Source: an uncultured Chloroflexia bacterium (GTDB lineage Bacteria > Chloroflexota > Limnocylindria > Limnocylindrales > CSP1-4). From it: a stretch of DNA of 64,000 nt. The notes beneath the pieces were generated by a model. It saw only the letters and a list, made by a program, of their open reading frames with translations. It searched no databases and was not told the DNA's origin. The stretch's first letter is position 1. The number at the start of each line of letters is the position of its first letter. The position numbers and the translations under genes are program-made. This document shows, piece by piece, positions 18,362 through 27,678 of this stretch. Location of the stretch: contig CAWEYL010000006.1 in the NCBI GenBank assembly GCA_963813335.1, positions 32,001-96,000 on the forward strand, given 5' to 3'.

Positions 18362-18964
18362 ATGTTCGAACGACTCTTCGGGTCCGGCGAGAAGGACCCC
18401 GCGATGGCCAGCCGGATCCCGCCCGGCCAGTACAAGACCGACAAGTTCCCGGTGCTCCACTACGGCTCGGTCCCGAAGACCGACCTCGCGACCTGGGACT
18501 TCCGCGTCTGGGGCGAGGTCGACTCGCCGTTCACGCTGACCTGGGAGCAGTTCAAGGCGCTGCCGCGCAAGACGGTCACGACGGACATCCACTGCGTCAC
18601 CCGCTGGACCAAGCTCGACACGACGTGGGAAGGCGTGCCGATCCAGGCCATCCTCGAGATGGCCGGTGTCCGGCCGTCGGCGACCCACGTCGTCTCGCAC
18701 GCCGAGCAGGGCTACACCGCGAACGTGCCGCTGGCGGTCCTCGATGACGACGACGTCCTGCTGGCCGACACGTTCGCCGGCGAGCCGCTCGAGCTCGAGC
18801 ACGGCTACCCGCTCCGCCTCGTCATCCCGAAGCGCTACTTCTGGAAGAGCAGCAAGTGGGTCCGCGGCCTGGAGTTCCTCGACCACGACCAGCTCGGCTT
18901 CTGGGAGCGCTACGGCTACAACAACGATGCCGACCCCTGGAAGGAAGAGCGCTTCAGCGAGTAG
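18362..18964 (+). CDS. Sulfite-oxidase-like molybdopterin oxidoreductase
   Basis: [34 protein letters not shown]. Confidence 0.9.
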   Translation: MFERLFGSGEKDPAMASRIPPGQYKTDKFPVLHYGSVPKTDLATWDFRVWGEVDSPFTLTWEQFKALPRKTVTTDIHCVTRWTKLDTTWEGVPIQAILEMAGVRPSATHVVSHAEQGYTANVPLAVLDDDDVLLADTFAGEPLELEHGYPLRLVIPKRYFWKSSKWVRGLEFLDHDQLGFWERYGYNNDADPWKEERFSE

Positions 18965-18998
18965 CGCGGTCGGCGCGCCCGCACGTCCCGGAGGGCCC

Positions 18999-19394
18999 AT
19001 GACGGATCGACGGCGGACCATCGGCGAGCTGCTCGACGCGGCGCGCGAGCGGATCGACCGGCTCACGCCCCAGCAGGCACGAGCGGAGGTCGAGGACGGG
19101 GCCCTGCTCATCGACATCCGCTGCCAGGAGCTGCGCGTCGCGGCCGGCGCGGTCCCGGGCGCCCGCCACGTGCCCCTGTCGGTGCTGTACTGGCGGCTCG
19201 ACCCGACGTCCGGGAGCGACGATCCGGCGATCAGCGACCCCGACCGCCGGGTCATCCTGCTGTGCGCCCACGGCTATTCGTCCAGCCTCGCCGCGGCGAC
19301 CCTGCGCGACATCGGCTTCAGCCGCGCGACCGACGTGGACGGCGGATTCGAGGCGTGGGCCGCCGCGGGGCTGCCGGTCGAGCCGCTCGCCTAG
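18999..19394 (+). CDS. Single-domain rhodanese-like protein
   Basis: LIDIR, VPGA, LCAHGYSSS, DGGFEAW. Confidence 0.85.
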   Translation: MTDRRRTIGELLDAARERIDRLTPQQARAEVEDGALLIDIRCQELRVAAGAVPGARHVPLSVLYWRLDPTSGSDDPAISDPDRRVILLCAHGYSSSLAAATLRDIGFSRATDVDGGFEAWAAAGLPVEPLA

Positions 19395-20614
19395 GCCGGG
19401 CGCGTCTCGCGCATGCGGACCAGCACGACGAGACCCGACGCCGCCGTCAGCGCGGCGATGGCGCCGATCGCGAACGGCATGCCCGCCCGATCGGCGAGGA
19501 CGCCGGCGACGATGGCGCCGATCGCGAAGCCCAGGTCGCGCCAGAGCCGATAGACCCCGACCGCGGCGCCGCGCCAGGCGGGTGCCGCGACATCGGCGAC
19601 GGCGGCCAGCAGGGCGGGATAGACCATGGCGGTGCCGAGGCCGAGCAGGGCGGCTTCGAAGAGCCAGGGACCGAACCCCGACGACGCGGCGATGAGGCCG
19701 ATGGCCGCGGCCTGCAGCAGCATCCCCCCGACGATGAGCCCCTTGCGTCCGATCCGGTCCGAGAGGGCACCGGTGCCGACCTGGGCGACGCCCCAGACCG
19801 CGGGATAGACCGCGGCGAGCACCCCGATCTCGGCGATGGCCAGGCCGTGCGACGCGTAGAACAGCGGCAGGAGACCCCACGCCATCCCGTCGTTGAGGTT
19901 GTTCACCAGACCGGCCTGCGATGCCGCCGAGAGCGAGGGATCGCCGAGCGTGGTCCGGGCGAAGACCGCACGCCACGGGATGGGCGGCCCGGGCGATGCC
20001 TCGAGCGCCACGTGACCGCGCGTCTCATGTACGAACAGCACCGAGACGCCGAGGCCGAGGCCGGCGATCGCGAGACCGAGGAAGAACGGCTCGGGCCGGA
20101 GACCGGCCTGGGCCGCGATGTACCCCGTGGCGAGCGCCGTGAGCGCGACCGCGAGGTAGCCGGCCGCCTCGTTCAGCCCCATCGCGAGGCCGCGGCGAGC
20201 CGGCCCGACGAGGTCGATCTTCATGATCACCGTGCTGGACCAGGCCAGCCCCTGGTTGAGCCCGAGCAGGACGTTCGCCACGATCACCCAGCCCCAGACC
20301 GGCGCCCAGATGAGGAGCAGCGGGACGGGCAGCCCGATGAGCCAGCCCGCGACGAGAACGGGCTTGCGCCCATAGCGGTCGGCCAGGGCGCCGGCGGCCA
20401 GGTTGGCGACGGCCTTGGTCACGCCGAAGGCGAGGATGAACGTCAGGATCGCCGTGAACCCGGTGAGCCCGAAGACGTCCCGCGCCATCAACGGCAGGAG
20501 CGTCCGCTCCTGGCCGAGCATCCCGCCCACCAGGCCGTTGACGCCGACCAGCAGCGCGAACTGGCCCGCGTTGGCGCGCAGCCCGAGTCGCGGGGTCGAG
20601 GCCGGGGCCGTCAT
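19391..20614 (-). CDS. MFS transporter
   Basis: About 12 TM; LADRYGRK, LSDRIGRK, YRLWRDLG. Confidence 0.9.
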   Translation of the reverse strand: MTAPASTPRLGLRANAGQFALLVGVNGLVGGMLGQERTLLPLMARDVFGLTGFTAILTFILAFGVTKAVANLAAGALADRYGRKPVLVAGWLIGLPVPLLLIWAPVWGWVIVANVLLGLNQGLAWSSTVIMKIDLVGPARRGLAMGLNEAAGYLAVALTALATGYIAAQAGLRPEPFFLGLAIAGLGLGVSVLFVHETRGHVALEASPGPPIPWRAVFARTTLGDPSLSAASQAGLVNNLNDGMAWGLLPLFYASHGLAIAEIGVLAAVYPAVWGVAQVGTGALSDRIGRKGLIVGGMLLQAAAIGLIAASSGFGPWLFEAALLGLGTAMVYPALLAAVADVAAPAWRGAAVGVYRLWRDLGFAIGAIVAGVLADRAGMPFAIGAIAALTAASGLVVLVRMRETRPA

Positions 20615-20677
20615 CGCCCGAGTATGGGCGTGCCCGCTCGTCGGTCGGCCCCCTGCCGATTCCGGGCGTCGGTCCAC

Positions 20678-20708
20678 TTGACCTTCAAGTGGCTCGAAGG
20701 TGTACGGT
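20678..20708 (+). promoter_or_regulatory. MerR-type promoter: -35 TTGACC, 19-bp spacer, -10 TACGGT, with dyad operator
   Basis: TTGACC 20678-83; TACGGT 20703-08; dyad ACCTTCAAG-TGG-CTCGAAGGT 20681-20701; GTG start 6 nt after the -10. Confidence 0.8.
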
Positions 20709-20714
20709 CGTCGG

Positions 20715-21557
20715 GTGAAGGTCTCCGAACTCGCCGAGCGTGCCGGGATCGCGCCATCCGCGGTCCGCTGGTACGAGTCCGTCGGTATCCTGCCCGCCGC
20801 GACCCGGCGGCCCAACGGCTACCGCGAGTACGCCGAGGAGGACCTGGCACGCCTTCGGCTCGTCGTGAGCCTTCGTCGCCTCGGCCTCGGGCCGGAGGAC
20901 GCGGGTCGGATGGCGCGACTGTGCCTCGAGCGCGGCGAAGTCGACCACGACCTGGTGCCGCTGATCGCCGGTCAGCGGGCCGCGATCGCCCGGCAACGTG
21001 ACGACCTGGACCGCCTTGATGGCGAGCTGATCGACCTGGAAGCCACGATCGCCGCCGCTGGCCGCGCGCGCGGCCGCAGGAAGGAACGTCCGATGCCCGA
21101 AGAACCGATCCGCGTGCTGTTCGTGTGCACCGGCAACAGCGCTCGAAGCCAGATCGCCGAAGCCGTCCTGGCTCGTCTCGGCGGCGCCGACTTCGCCGTC
21201 TTCTCGGCCGGCACGGAGCCCAAGGGCGTCAACCCGCTCGCCGTCGCGGTCCTCGACGATGCCGGGATCGATTGGTCGGGCGCACGCAGCAAGTCCGTTG
21301 ACGAGTACCTGGGGCAACCCTTCGACTACGTGATCACGGTCTGCGACCGCGCCCGCCAGTCCTGCCCGGTCTTCCCGGGCACGCACAACACCCTGCACTG
21401 GGGCCTCGAGGACCCCGCCGAGGTCGAAGGCGCCGACGACGTCCGTCGCGCGGCCTTCCAGCGGACCTACCTGGAGCTCAACCAGCGCATCCGCCCGTTC
21501 GTCGAGGTCGCCCTGCGCGCGGCCGGCCGCGGTCGGCGGGCGTCCCTTGCGGGTTGA
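20715..21557 (+). CDS. arsC: MerR-family HTH fused to thioredoxin-type (LMW-PTP fold) arsenate reductase
   Basis: KVSELAERAGIAPSAVRWYESVGIL...NGYREY (MerR), then FVCTGNSARS, TVCDRARQSCPVFPG, HWGLEDP. Confidence 0.88.
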   Translation: MKVSELAERAGIAPSAVRWYESVGILPAATRRPNGYREYAEEDLARLRLVVSLRRLGLGPEDAGRMARLCLERGEVDHDLVPLIAGQRAAIARQRDDLDRLDGELIDLEATIAAAGRARGRRKERPMPEEPIRVLFVCTGNSARSQIAEAVLARLGGADFAVFSAGTEPKGVNPLAVAVLDDAGIDWSGARSKSVDEYLGQPFDYVITVCDRARQSCPVFPGTHNTLHWGLEDPAEVEGADDVRRAAFQRTYLELNQRIRPFVEVALRAAGRGRRASLAG

Positions 21558-21618
21558 AAGCCTTCAGTCGACACCGTGCCATCGGGCCCTCGTGATCGGG
21601 CCGAACGCCCCATGCGGT

Positions 21619-21654
21619 ACATCAGGCGTTCGTGTGATGTTCATCGGGTGATGA
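21619..21654. promoter_or_regulatory. Candidate ArsR operator upstream of acr3
   Basis: ACATCA-N10-TGATGT (21619-21640), then TCATC-N4-GATGA. Confidence 0.4.
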
Positions 21655-21703
21655 CACATTCCCGAGCACGCGGCCGACTGCGGTCCACGCGGCCGCCTGA
21701 CCG

Positions 21704-22803
21704 ATGACCGCCCGACTGCTCGCGAAGCTCGAGGACTTCCGCCTCCTGCCCTTCTTCGTGCTCGTTCAGCATGGCGATCGGCATCGCCATCGGGAACCTG
21801 CTCTCGGTCTCGGACTTCGCTCTGACCCCGCCCATCGAGTCGATCAAGGCGATCGCGGCCGGGACCTTCGAGGCAAGCGTCCCGAACCTGATCTCGCTGG
21901 GCGTCCCGATCGGCCTGTTCGCGATGATGTACCCGGCGATGACGAACATCCGCCTCGACGAGGTCGGGCATGCGGCGCGGTCGCCGCGGCAGCTCCTAGT
22001 GCTGTTGGGCTTCAACTACCTCGTCGCGCCGTTCGTCATGCTCGCTCTCGCCAACGTCTTCGTCAGCGACCCGGAGCTGCACACGGGCCTTGTCCTGTAC
22101 GGCCTCGCTCCGTGCATCGCGATGGTCATCATCTTCACGTACCTGGCCCGCGGCAACGCCGCCATGGCGCTCGTCTTCGTCGCGCTCAACTCGGTCATCC
22201 AGATGATCCTCATCCCGGTCTACGCGCGGCTGCTTGATCGGGAACGTCGAGTTCGACGTGACGGTCGTCGCCCAGAGCGTCGTCCTGTATCTCGGTCTGC
22301 CGCTCGTGCTCGGGGTGCTGACGCGATACCTCGTCACGAAGCGCGGCGGCGAGGCGGCGATGGATCGGCTCAAGCCCGGCCTGACCGCGATGTCGATCCT
22401 CGGCCTGCTGTTCACGCTGATCGTCATGTTCGCCCTGAAGGGCGACCTGATCCTGCAGCGTCCGGCCGTCGTCATCGAGATGGCCATCCCGATGATCCTG
22501 TTCTTCCTGACCATGTTCTTCGTGGTCCTGTTCGTCGGCTGGCGCCTGCGGTTCAGCTACGCGGATGCCGTGGCCGTCGCGTTCAGCGCGACCGGTCGCG
22601 ACTTCGAGATCGCCATCGCGATCGCGATCACGGCGTTCTCGCCGACCGTCGCGCTCGCGACCGTCGTCGGGCCGCTGATCGAGGTCCCGGTGATGCTGTT
22701 CCTCGTGTGGTCGGCGATGCGCCTCGCGCCGCGCTGGTTCGGGGTCAGGCCGGGCGAGGCGACGCCGCCCGCCGTCCCGGCGACCGCCAGGCAGGTGGCG
22801 TGA
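21704..22803 (+). CDS. acr3: ACR3 arsenite efflux permease (apparent frameshifts; one clear at ~22235, start region ambiguous)
   Basis: MMYPAM, GLAPCIAMV, ALNS in one frame; GRDFEIAIA, VVGPLIEVP in the next. Confidence 0.85.
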
Positions 22804-23138
22804 TGGCCACCCGCATGGAACTGCCGGTCCTGCCGGAACTGCGACTCCAGGTCGTGCCGCCCGACGTGAAGGACGTCGCGGCGAGCGCCGCCCTTCTTGG
22901 GGACCCGATCCGGGCCGGCATCATCGCCATCCTCGGTTCCGGTCCGCATTGCGTCTGCGAGATGGCGGCAGCCCTGGGTGAACGCCAGAACAACGTGAGC
23001 AATCACCTGGCGAAGCTGCGCCGCGCCGGTCTGGTCCGTGCCAGCCGGCACATGGTCGACGCCCGCTGGGTCTACTACGAGCGCGACGAGACCGCCTGTG
23101 CCGCGGCGCTATCGGCGTTCCAACGCCTGCTGCGATGA
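22803..23138 (+). CDS. arsR: ArsR/SmtB repressor
   Basis: LGDPIR, HCVCEM, VSNHLAKLRRAGLV, WVYY. Confidence 0.88.
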   Translation: MATRMELPVLPELRLQVVPPDVKDVAASAALLGDPIRAGIIAILGSGPHCVCEMAAALGERQNNVSNHLAKLRRAGLVRASRHMVDARWVYYERDETACAAALSAFQRLLR

Positions 23139-24178
23139 CGACACTCGCCGTCCATCGGACCCACCTGCCGTTCTGGCCCGGCGTGGTCCTCGGGGTCATC
23201 GCGTGGCTGATCGCGTGGTTCATCACGCTGCCCCTGGCGAACTGGGTCGCCTACGACCTGCTCGGCCTCCAGGAGGGCTCGCAGCTCGGCGATGCGGTCG
23301 CCTTCTTCCTGTACGACGTGCCCAAGGTCCTGCTGCTGCTGACCGGGATCGTCACGCTCGTCTCGTTCCTCCGTTCGTACGTGTCCCCGGAGCGTGTCCG
23401 GTCCGCCCTCGCCGGCCGTGGCGTGCTGCCGGGGACGATGGCGGCCGCCGGCTTCGGGGTCGTCACCCCCTTCTGCTCGTGCTCGGCGGTTCCGCTGTTC
23501 ATCGGCTTCGTCGAGGTCGGCGTCCCGCTCGGCGTCACCTTCGCGTTCCTCATCGCCTCGCCGATGGTCAATGAGATCGCCATCGTTCTCTTGTGGGGCC
23601 TGTTCGGTCCCGCCGTCACCCTGATGTACATCGCCGCCGGACTCGTCGTCGCTGTCGTGGCGGGCCTGATCATCGGCCGGCTCCACCTGGAGCGCTACGT
23701 GGAGCCGTACGTCTGGGAGATCAAGGCGGGTGGCGCCCGCCCCATCGAGATGAAGCTGACCCTCGAGGACCGGGTTCGTGACGCGTGGACATCCACCCGC
23801 AGCCTCGTCTGGAAGGTCCTGCCGTTCGTGCTGATCGGGATCGGCATCGGTGCCGTCATCCACGGCTTCGTCCCGACGGACCTCGTGGTGTCCATCGGCG
23901 GCAGCGGCAACCCGCTCGCCGTGCCGGCCCTGGTGCTGCTCGGCGTCCCCCTCTACAGCAACGCGGCCGGGACGATCCCGATCATCGAGGTGCTCATCGC
24001 CAAGGGCCTGCCGATGGGCTCGGCCCTTGCCTTCATGATGGCCATCACTGCCCTGTCGTTCCCGGAGATGGTCATCCTCCGGCGGGTCATGAAGCCGCAG
24101 CTCATCGGGGTCTTCGCCGGCGTGGTCGCTGTCGGGATCCTGTTCGTCGGCTACCTGTTCAACGCCCTGTACGCCTGA
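23135..24178 (+). CDS. arsP: ArsP/DUF318 permease
   Basis: TPFCSCSAVP, ASPMVNE, GVPLYSNAAG, ALSFPE. Confidence 0.85.
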   Translation: MTTLAVHRTHLPFWPGVVLGVIAWLIAWFITLPLANWVAYDLLGLQEGSQLGDAVAFFLYDVPKVLLLLTGIVTLVSFLRSYVSPERVRSALAGRGVLPGTMAAAGFGVVTPFCSCSAVPLFIGFVEVGVPLGVTFAFLIASPMVNEIAIVLLWGLFGPAVTLMYIAAGLVVAVVAGLIIGRLHLERYVEPYVWEIKAGGARPIEMKLTLEDRVRDAWTSTRSLVWKVLPFVLIGIGIGAVIHGFVPTDLVVSIGGSGNPLAVPALVLLGVPLYSNAAGTIPIIEVLIAKGLPMGSALAFMMAITALSFPEMVILRRVMKPQLIGVFAGVVAVGILFVGYLFNALYA

Positions 24179-24191
24179 AGAGGAGGACGCC

Positions 24192-24437
24192 ATGCGCGTC
24201 ATCGAAGTGCTCGGTCCCGGCTGCCAGAAGTGCCAGTACACCGAGAAGGTGGTTCGCGAGGTGGTGGACGCCGCCGGCATCGACGCCGAGGTCCGGCATG
24301 TGACCGACTTTGGTGAGATCGCCGCGCGCGGCGTCATGTCGACCCCGGGGCTCGTCATCGACGGCACCGTCGTGCTCGCGGGCCGCGTCCCGACGCGCGA
24401 ACAGGTCGCCGGTTGGCTGGGTGTCCACGCTGCCTGA
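24192..24437 (+). CDS. Small redox-active disulfide protein (thioredoxin-like)
   Basis: LGPGCQKC, GVMSTPGLVIDG; GAGGAGG SD. Confidence 0.9.
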   Translation: MRVIEVLGPGCQKCQYTEKVVREVVDAAGIDAEVRHVTDFGEIAARGVMSTPGLVIDGTVVLAGRVPTREQVAGWLGVHAA

Positions 24438-24552
24438 CCACGCTCGAACGACCCCGGCATAGGGTCATCGAATTGCCGGCCCCGTCAACAGGGGCCGAGT
24501 GCCCCTCCCGCGCACAGGTTCCCGACGCGACTCGGCACTTCCGAGGTAGGAG

Positions 24553-24888
24553 CTAGGCGCGCGCCTCGAGGACGGGCAGCCGGCGCGAGGTCGGTGGCGG
24601 GAGGCCGAGGCTCGGCCCGAAGCCGCCCGCCAGCTCGCGGAACCGCGCGACCGCCGGGGGTCGCAGCGAGTACCAGACCCAGGTGCCCCGTCGCTCGCCC
24701 TGGATCCAGCCGGCGTCGCGGAGGACCTTGAGGTGGTGCGAGACCGTCGGCTGGCTCACGTCGCAGCATGCGGTGAAGTCGCAGGCGCACACCTCGGCCA
24801 CGTCGCTCAGCTGGCGCAGGATCGCAAGCCGGGTGGGGTCGGCGGCGGCCTGCAGGAGCAGCACGTCCGGGTCGGTCTGTCGTTTCAT
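24553..24888 (-). CDS. arsR: ArsR/SmtB repressor, divergent from arsM
   Basis: ADPTRL, VCACDFTACC, SQPTVSHHLKVLR; minus-strand promoter TTGACG-N17-TACAGT lies 7 nt before ATG 24888. Confidence 0.9.
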   Translation of the reverse strand: MKRQTDPDVLLLQAAADPTRLAILRQLSDVAEVCACDFTACCDVSQPTVSHHLKVLRDAGWIQGERRGTWVWYSLRPPAVARFRELAGGFGPSLGLPPPTSRRLPVLEARA

Positions 24889-24895
24889 CACGACT

Positions 24896-24935
24896 ACTGT
24901 ATTGACAGATGTCTATATCGTCAAGTATCAATACA
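24896..24935. promoter_or_regulatory. Divergent arsR/arsM promoters with dyad operator
   Basis: ATTGACA-GA-TGTCTAT dyad (24901-16), outer TGTATTGA...TCAATACA, TTGACA on +. Confidence 0.7.
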
Positions 24936-24970
24936 CCACACACCCGCCACGGATCCAGGAGCCGACAACC

Positions 24971-25780
24971 ATGACCACCGAGACCATCCATGAGACCGTC
25001 CGCCAGCACTATGCCGACGCGGCGGTCCGCGCCTCCCAGGGCACGTCCTGCTGCAGCGACCCCGAGACGATCGGCGCCAACCTGTACTCCGCGCTCGAGC
25101 GCGACGAGCTGCCCGACGCGGCCGTTCTCGCGTCGCTGGGCTGCGGCAACCCGATCGCGGTCGCCGACCTCCATCCCGGCGAGCGCGTGCTCGACCTCGG
25201 CTCGGGCGGCGGCATCGATGTCCTGTTGTCCGCGAAGCGGGTCGGCCCGACCGGCCGCGCCTTCGGCGTCGACATGACCGACGAGATGCTCGCCCTCGCC
25301 CAGCACAACGCCGCCGAGGCAGGTGCCACCAACGTCGAGTTCCTCAAGGGCCATATCGAGGCGATCCCGCTGCCGGCCGAGTCGATCGACGTCGTCATCA
25401 GCAACTGCGTGGTCAACCTCGCCGCCGACAAGCCCGCCGTGTTCGCCGAGATCGCCCGCGTCCTGCGGCCGGGCGGGCGGATCGGCATCAGCGACATCGT
25501 CGCCGACGACGAGCTCAGCCCGGAGCAGCGCGCCGAGCGCGGCTCCTACGCCGGCTGCATCGCCGGGGCGCTGTCGATGTCGGAGTTCCGCGACGGGCTG
25601 GCGGCGGTCGGCCTCACCGACGTCTCGATCACGCCGTCCCACACGGTGGTCGAGGGGATGGTCAGCGCGATCATCAAGGCATCGAAGCCGGCCGATGCGC
25701 GGCCGCTCATCGACCTCGCCGCACCGCGCGACCTCCCGATGGCCGAGGCCGGCTGCTGCGGCGGGGCGGGCTGCTGCTGA
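24971..25780 (+). CDS. arsM: Arsenite S-adenosylmethionine methyltransferase
   Basis: SCC, SLGCGNP, LDLGSGGG, ISNCVVNL, GCIAGA, C-terminal GCCGGAGCC. Confidence 0.92.
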   Translation: MTTETIHETVRQHYADAAVRASQGTSCCSDPETIGANLYSALERDELPDAAVLASLGCGNPIAVADLHPGERVLDLGSGGGIDVLLSAKRVGPTGRAFGVDMTDEMLALAQHNAAEAGATNVEFLKGHIEAIPLPAESIDVVISNCVVNLAADKPAVFAEIARVLRPGGRIGISDIVADDELSPEQRAERGSYAGCIAGALSMSEFRDGLAAVGLTDVSITPSHTVVEGMVSAIIKASKPADARPLIDLAAPRDLPMAEAGCCGGAGCC

Positions 25781-25840
25781 TGGAGGCCGCGCGCGCCGAG
25801 GCAGGCGACTGGACGCTCGCTCGAGCGACGGCCTGACGTC

Positions 25841-26761
25841 GTGTCAGGGGCCGCGGTCGCCAGGCGTGATCTCGTGGCGCTGGTCATGGCCGCCACCTGC
25901 TGGGGCCTCGGAACGGTCGTCAGCAAGGCGGCACTCAGCGAGGTCCCGCCGCTCACGTTGCTTCCCATCCAGCTGTCCGCCAGCCTCGCCGTCCTCGGCC
26001 TCCTCATGTGGCGTCAAGGGGTCTCGTTCCGCAGCGACGGTTCGCCGCTCCTCGGTCGCCTGGGTCTCCTGAATCCGGGGCTCGCGTATGCCCTGAGCCT
26101 CATCGGGCTCACCACGATCACCGCCAGCATGTCGGTGCTGCTCTGGGCACTCGAGCCATTGCTGATCCTCCTGCTGGCCGCGTGGTTCCTGCACGAGCGG
26201 ATGACCGTCGCCTTCGGGATCCTCTCCCTGGTGGCCGTCCTCGGGATGGTCGTCATCGTCTATGACCCCGGGTCGACCAGCGGTCAGACGATCGGGGTGG
26301 CCCTGACCCTGGCGGGCATCGGCTGCTGCGCGGCCTATTCCGTGATCGCACGGCGCTGGATCCCGGGCGCCCGGGAGACGAGCCAGGTCGTCGTCGCCCA
26401 ACAGGCGCACGCCCTGGTTCTTGCCCTCGGGCTGGTCGTCGTGGCCGGGCTTGCCGGCGGCGCGTTCGTGCCCGCCTCACTCACCCTGCTCGGACTCGCC
26501 AGCGCGATCGGATCGGGTGTCCTCTACTACGCGGGCGCCTACTGGTTCTACCTCGGCGCGTTGCGCCACGTGCCGGCCTCGCTCGCGGCCACGTCCTTCT
26601 ACCTGATCCCGGTCGTCGGGGTCGCAGCCGGTGCGCTGTTGCTTGGCGAGCGACTCGACCCGAAGCAGTGGGTCGGGGTGGCGATCGTCCTCGGGGCCAT
26701 CATCGGGATCGTGCGGCAGCCATCGAGTCGGACAGCGGCGGTGGTCGAGGTAAGGCTGTGA
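25841..26761 (+). CDS. EamA/DMT family transporter
   Basis: 10 TM in two repeats; CWG, LEPL, LLGERL. Confidence 0.85.
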   Translation: MSGAAVARRDLVALVMAATCWGLGTVVSKAALSEVPPLTLLPIQLSASLAVLGLLMWRQGVSFRSDGSPLLGRLGLLNPGLAYALSLIGLTTITASMSVLLWALEPLLILLLAAWFLHERMTVAFGILSLVAVLGMVVIVYDPGSTSGQTIGVALTLAGIGCCAAYSVIARRWIPGARETSQVVVAQQAHALVLALGLVVVAGLAGGAFVPASLTLLGLASAIGSGVLYYAGAYWFYLGALRHVPASLAATSFYLIPVVGVAAGALLLGERLDPKQWVGVAIVLGAIIGIVRQPSSRTAAVVEVRL

Positions 26762-26768
26762 ACGGCCC

Positions 26769-27604
26769 TCAGCTGCGGCGGGCGCCGCCCAGCACTCGAG
26801 CGTCCGGCGTGAACAGGCGGAGCCGTTCACCGAGGAGCAGGATCTCGCGGTCGAGGATCCGGATCAGGCCCTCGAGCCGCGCGACGGTCGTGTCGGCCTC
26901 GAGCAGCGCCTGGCGGCGCGGCAGCTCGATCGAGACGATGCCCGAGAGCAGGTAGGAGAGGACGGTCGGGTCGTCCGGGATCACCAGGTCCGCGGCCGAC
27001 ACCTCCTCCTCGCTCGTCGTCGTCCGGGCCCGCGTCGTCGGGCTCGGCGACCGCCGCGATCGCGCCCATGATCTCCTCGTCGGTGACGGCGTCCTCATCG
27101 TCGTCGTCGTCCGTCGTCCGCGCCGGAGCCGGCCGCCTCGACCTCGACCTGGATGTCGAGCACGTCGGCCGTCTCGCCGTCGCGCGCCCGCATCAGCTCC
27201 AGGTAGCGCACGAAGCGCCCGATGGCCGTCGCCGCCAGCCGCTCGGCTCGCGGCTCGTCGCCGACCTCGTCGTCCAGCGGCGTCACGTCCGCCACGAGGT
27301 ACGCCGCGCTCCCCGCGTCGACCGAATCGATCAGGAAGCGACCGGTCCCGGCCGCGAGCAGGTCGTAGCGCCCGTCCGGATAGCGCCCGGCCCGGCGGAT
27401 CTCGGCGAAGGCGCCGACCCCGGCCAGCGTCGAGATGCTGCGCGGCCCGACCTCGCGGCCGTCGCGGATGAGGACGACCCCGAACGGCTCGCCGGTATCG
27501 AGGCAGCGCCGGGTCATCTCGCGGTAGCGCTCCTCGAAGATGTGGAGGGGCACCACGATCCCCGGGCAGAGCACGGTGTGGAGCGGGAAGAGCGGGATCT
27601 TCAT
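26769..27604 (-). CDS. LON peptidase substrate-binding-domain protein (frameshift ~27110)
   Basis: MKIPLFPLHTVLCPG, LHIFEERY; C-terminal RQALLEA...RLE in another frame. Confidence 0.8.
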
Positions 27605-27678
27605 CGGTCCGGGACCTGCATGAGCGCGGCCATCGGGTGTCGCCGCCGCCGCATCGAGTCTAGTCCGATGGCCGGGTC

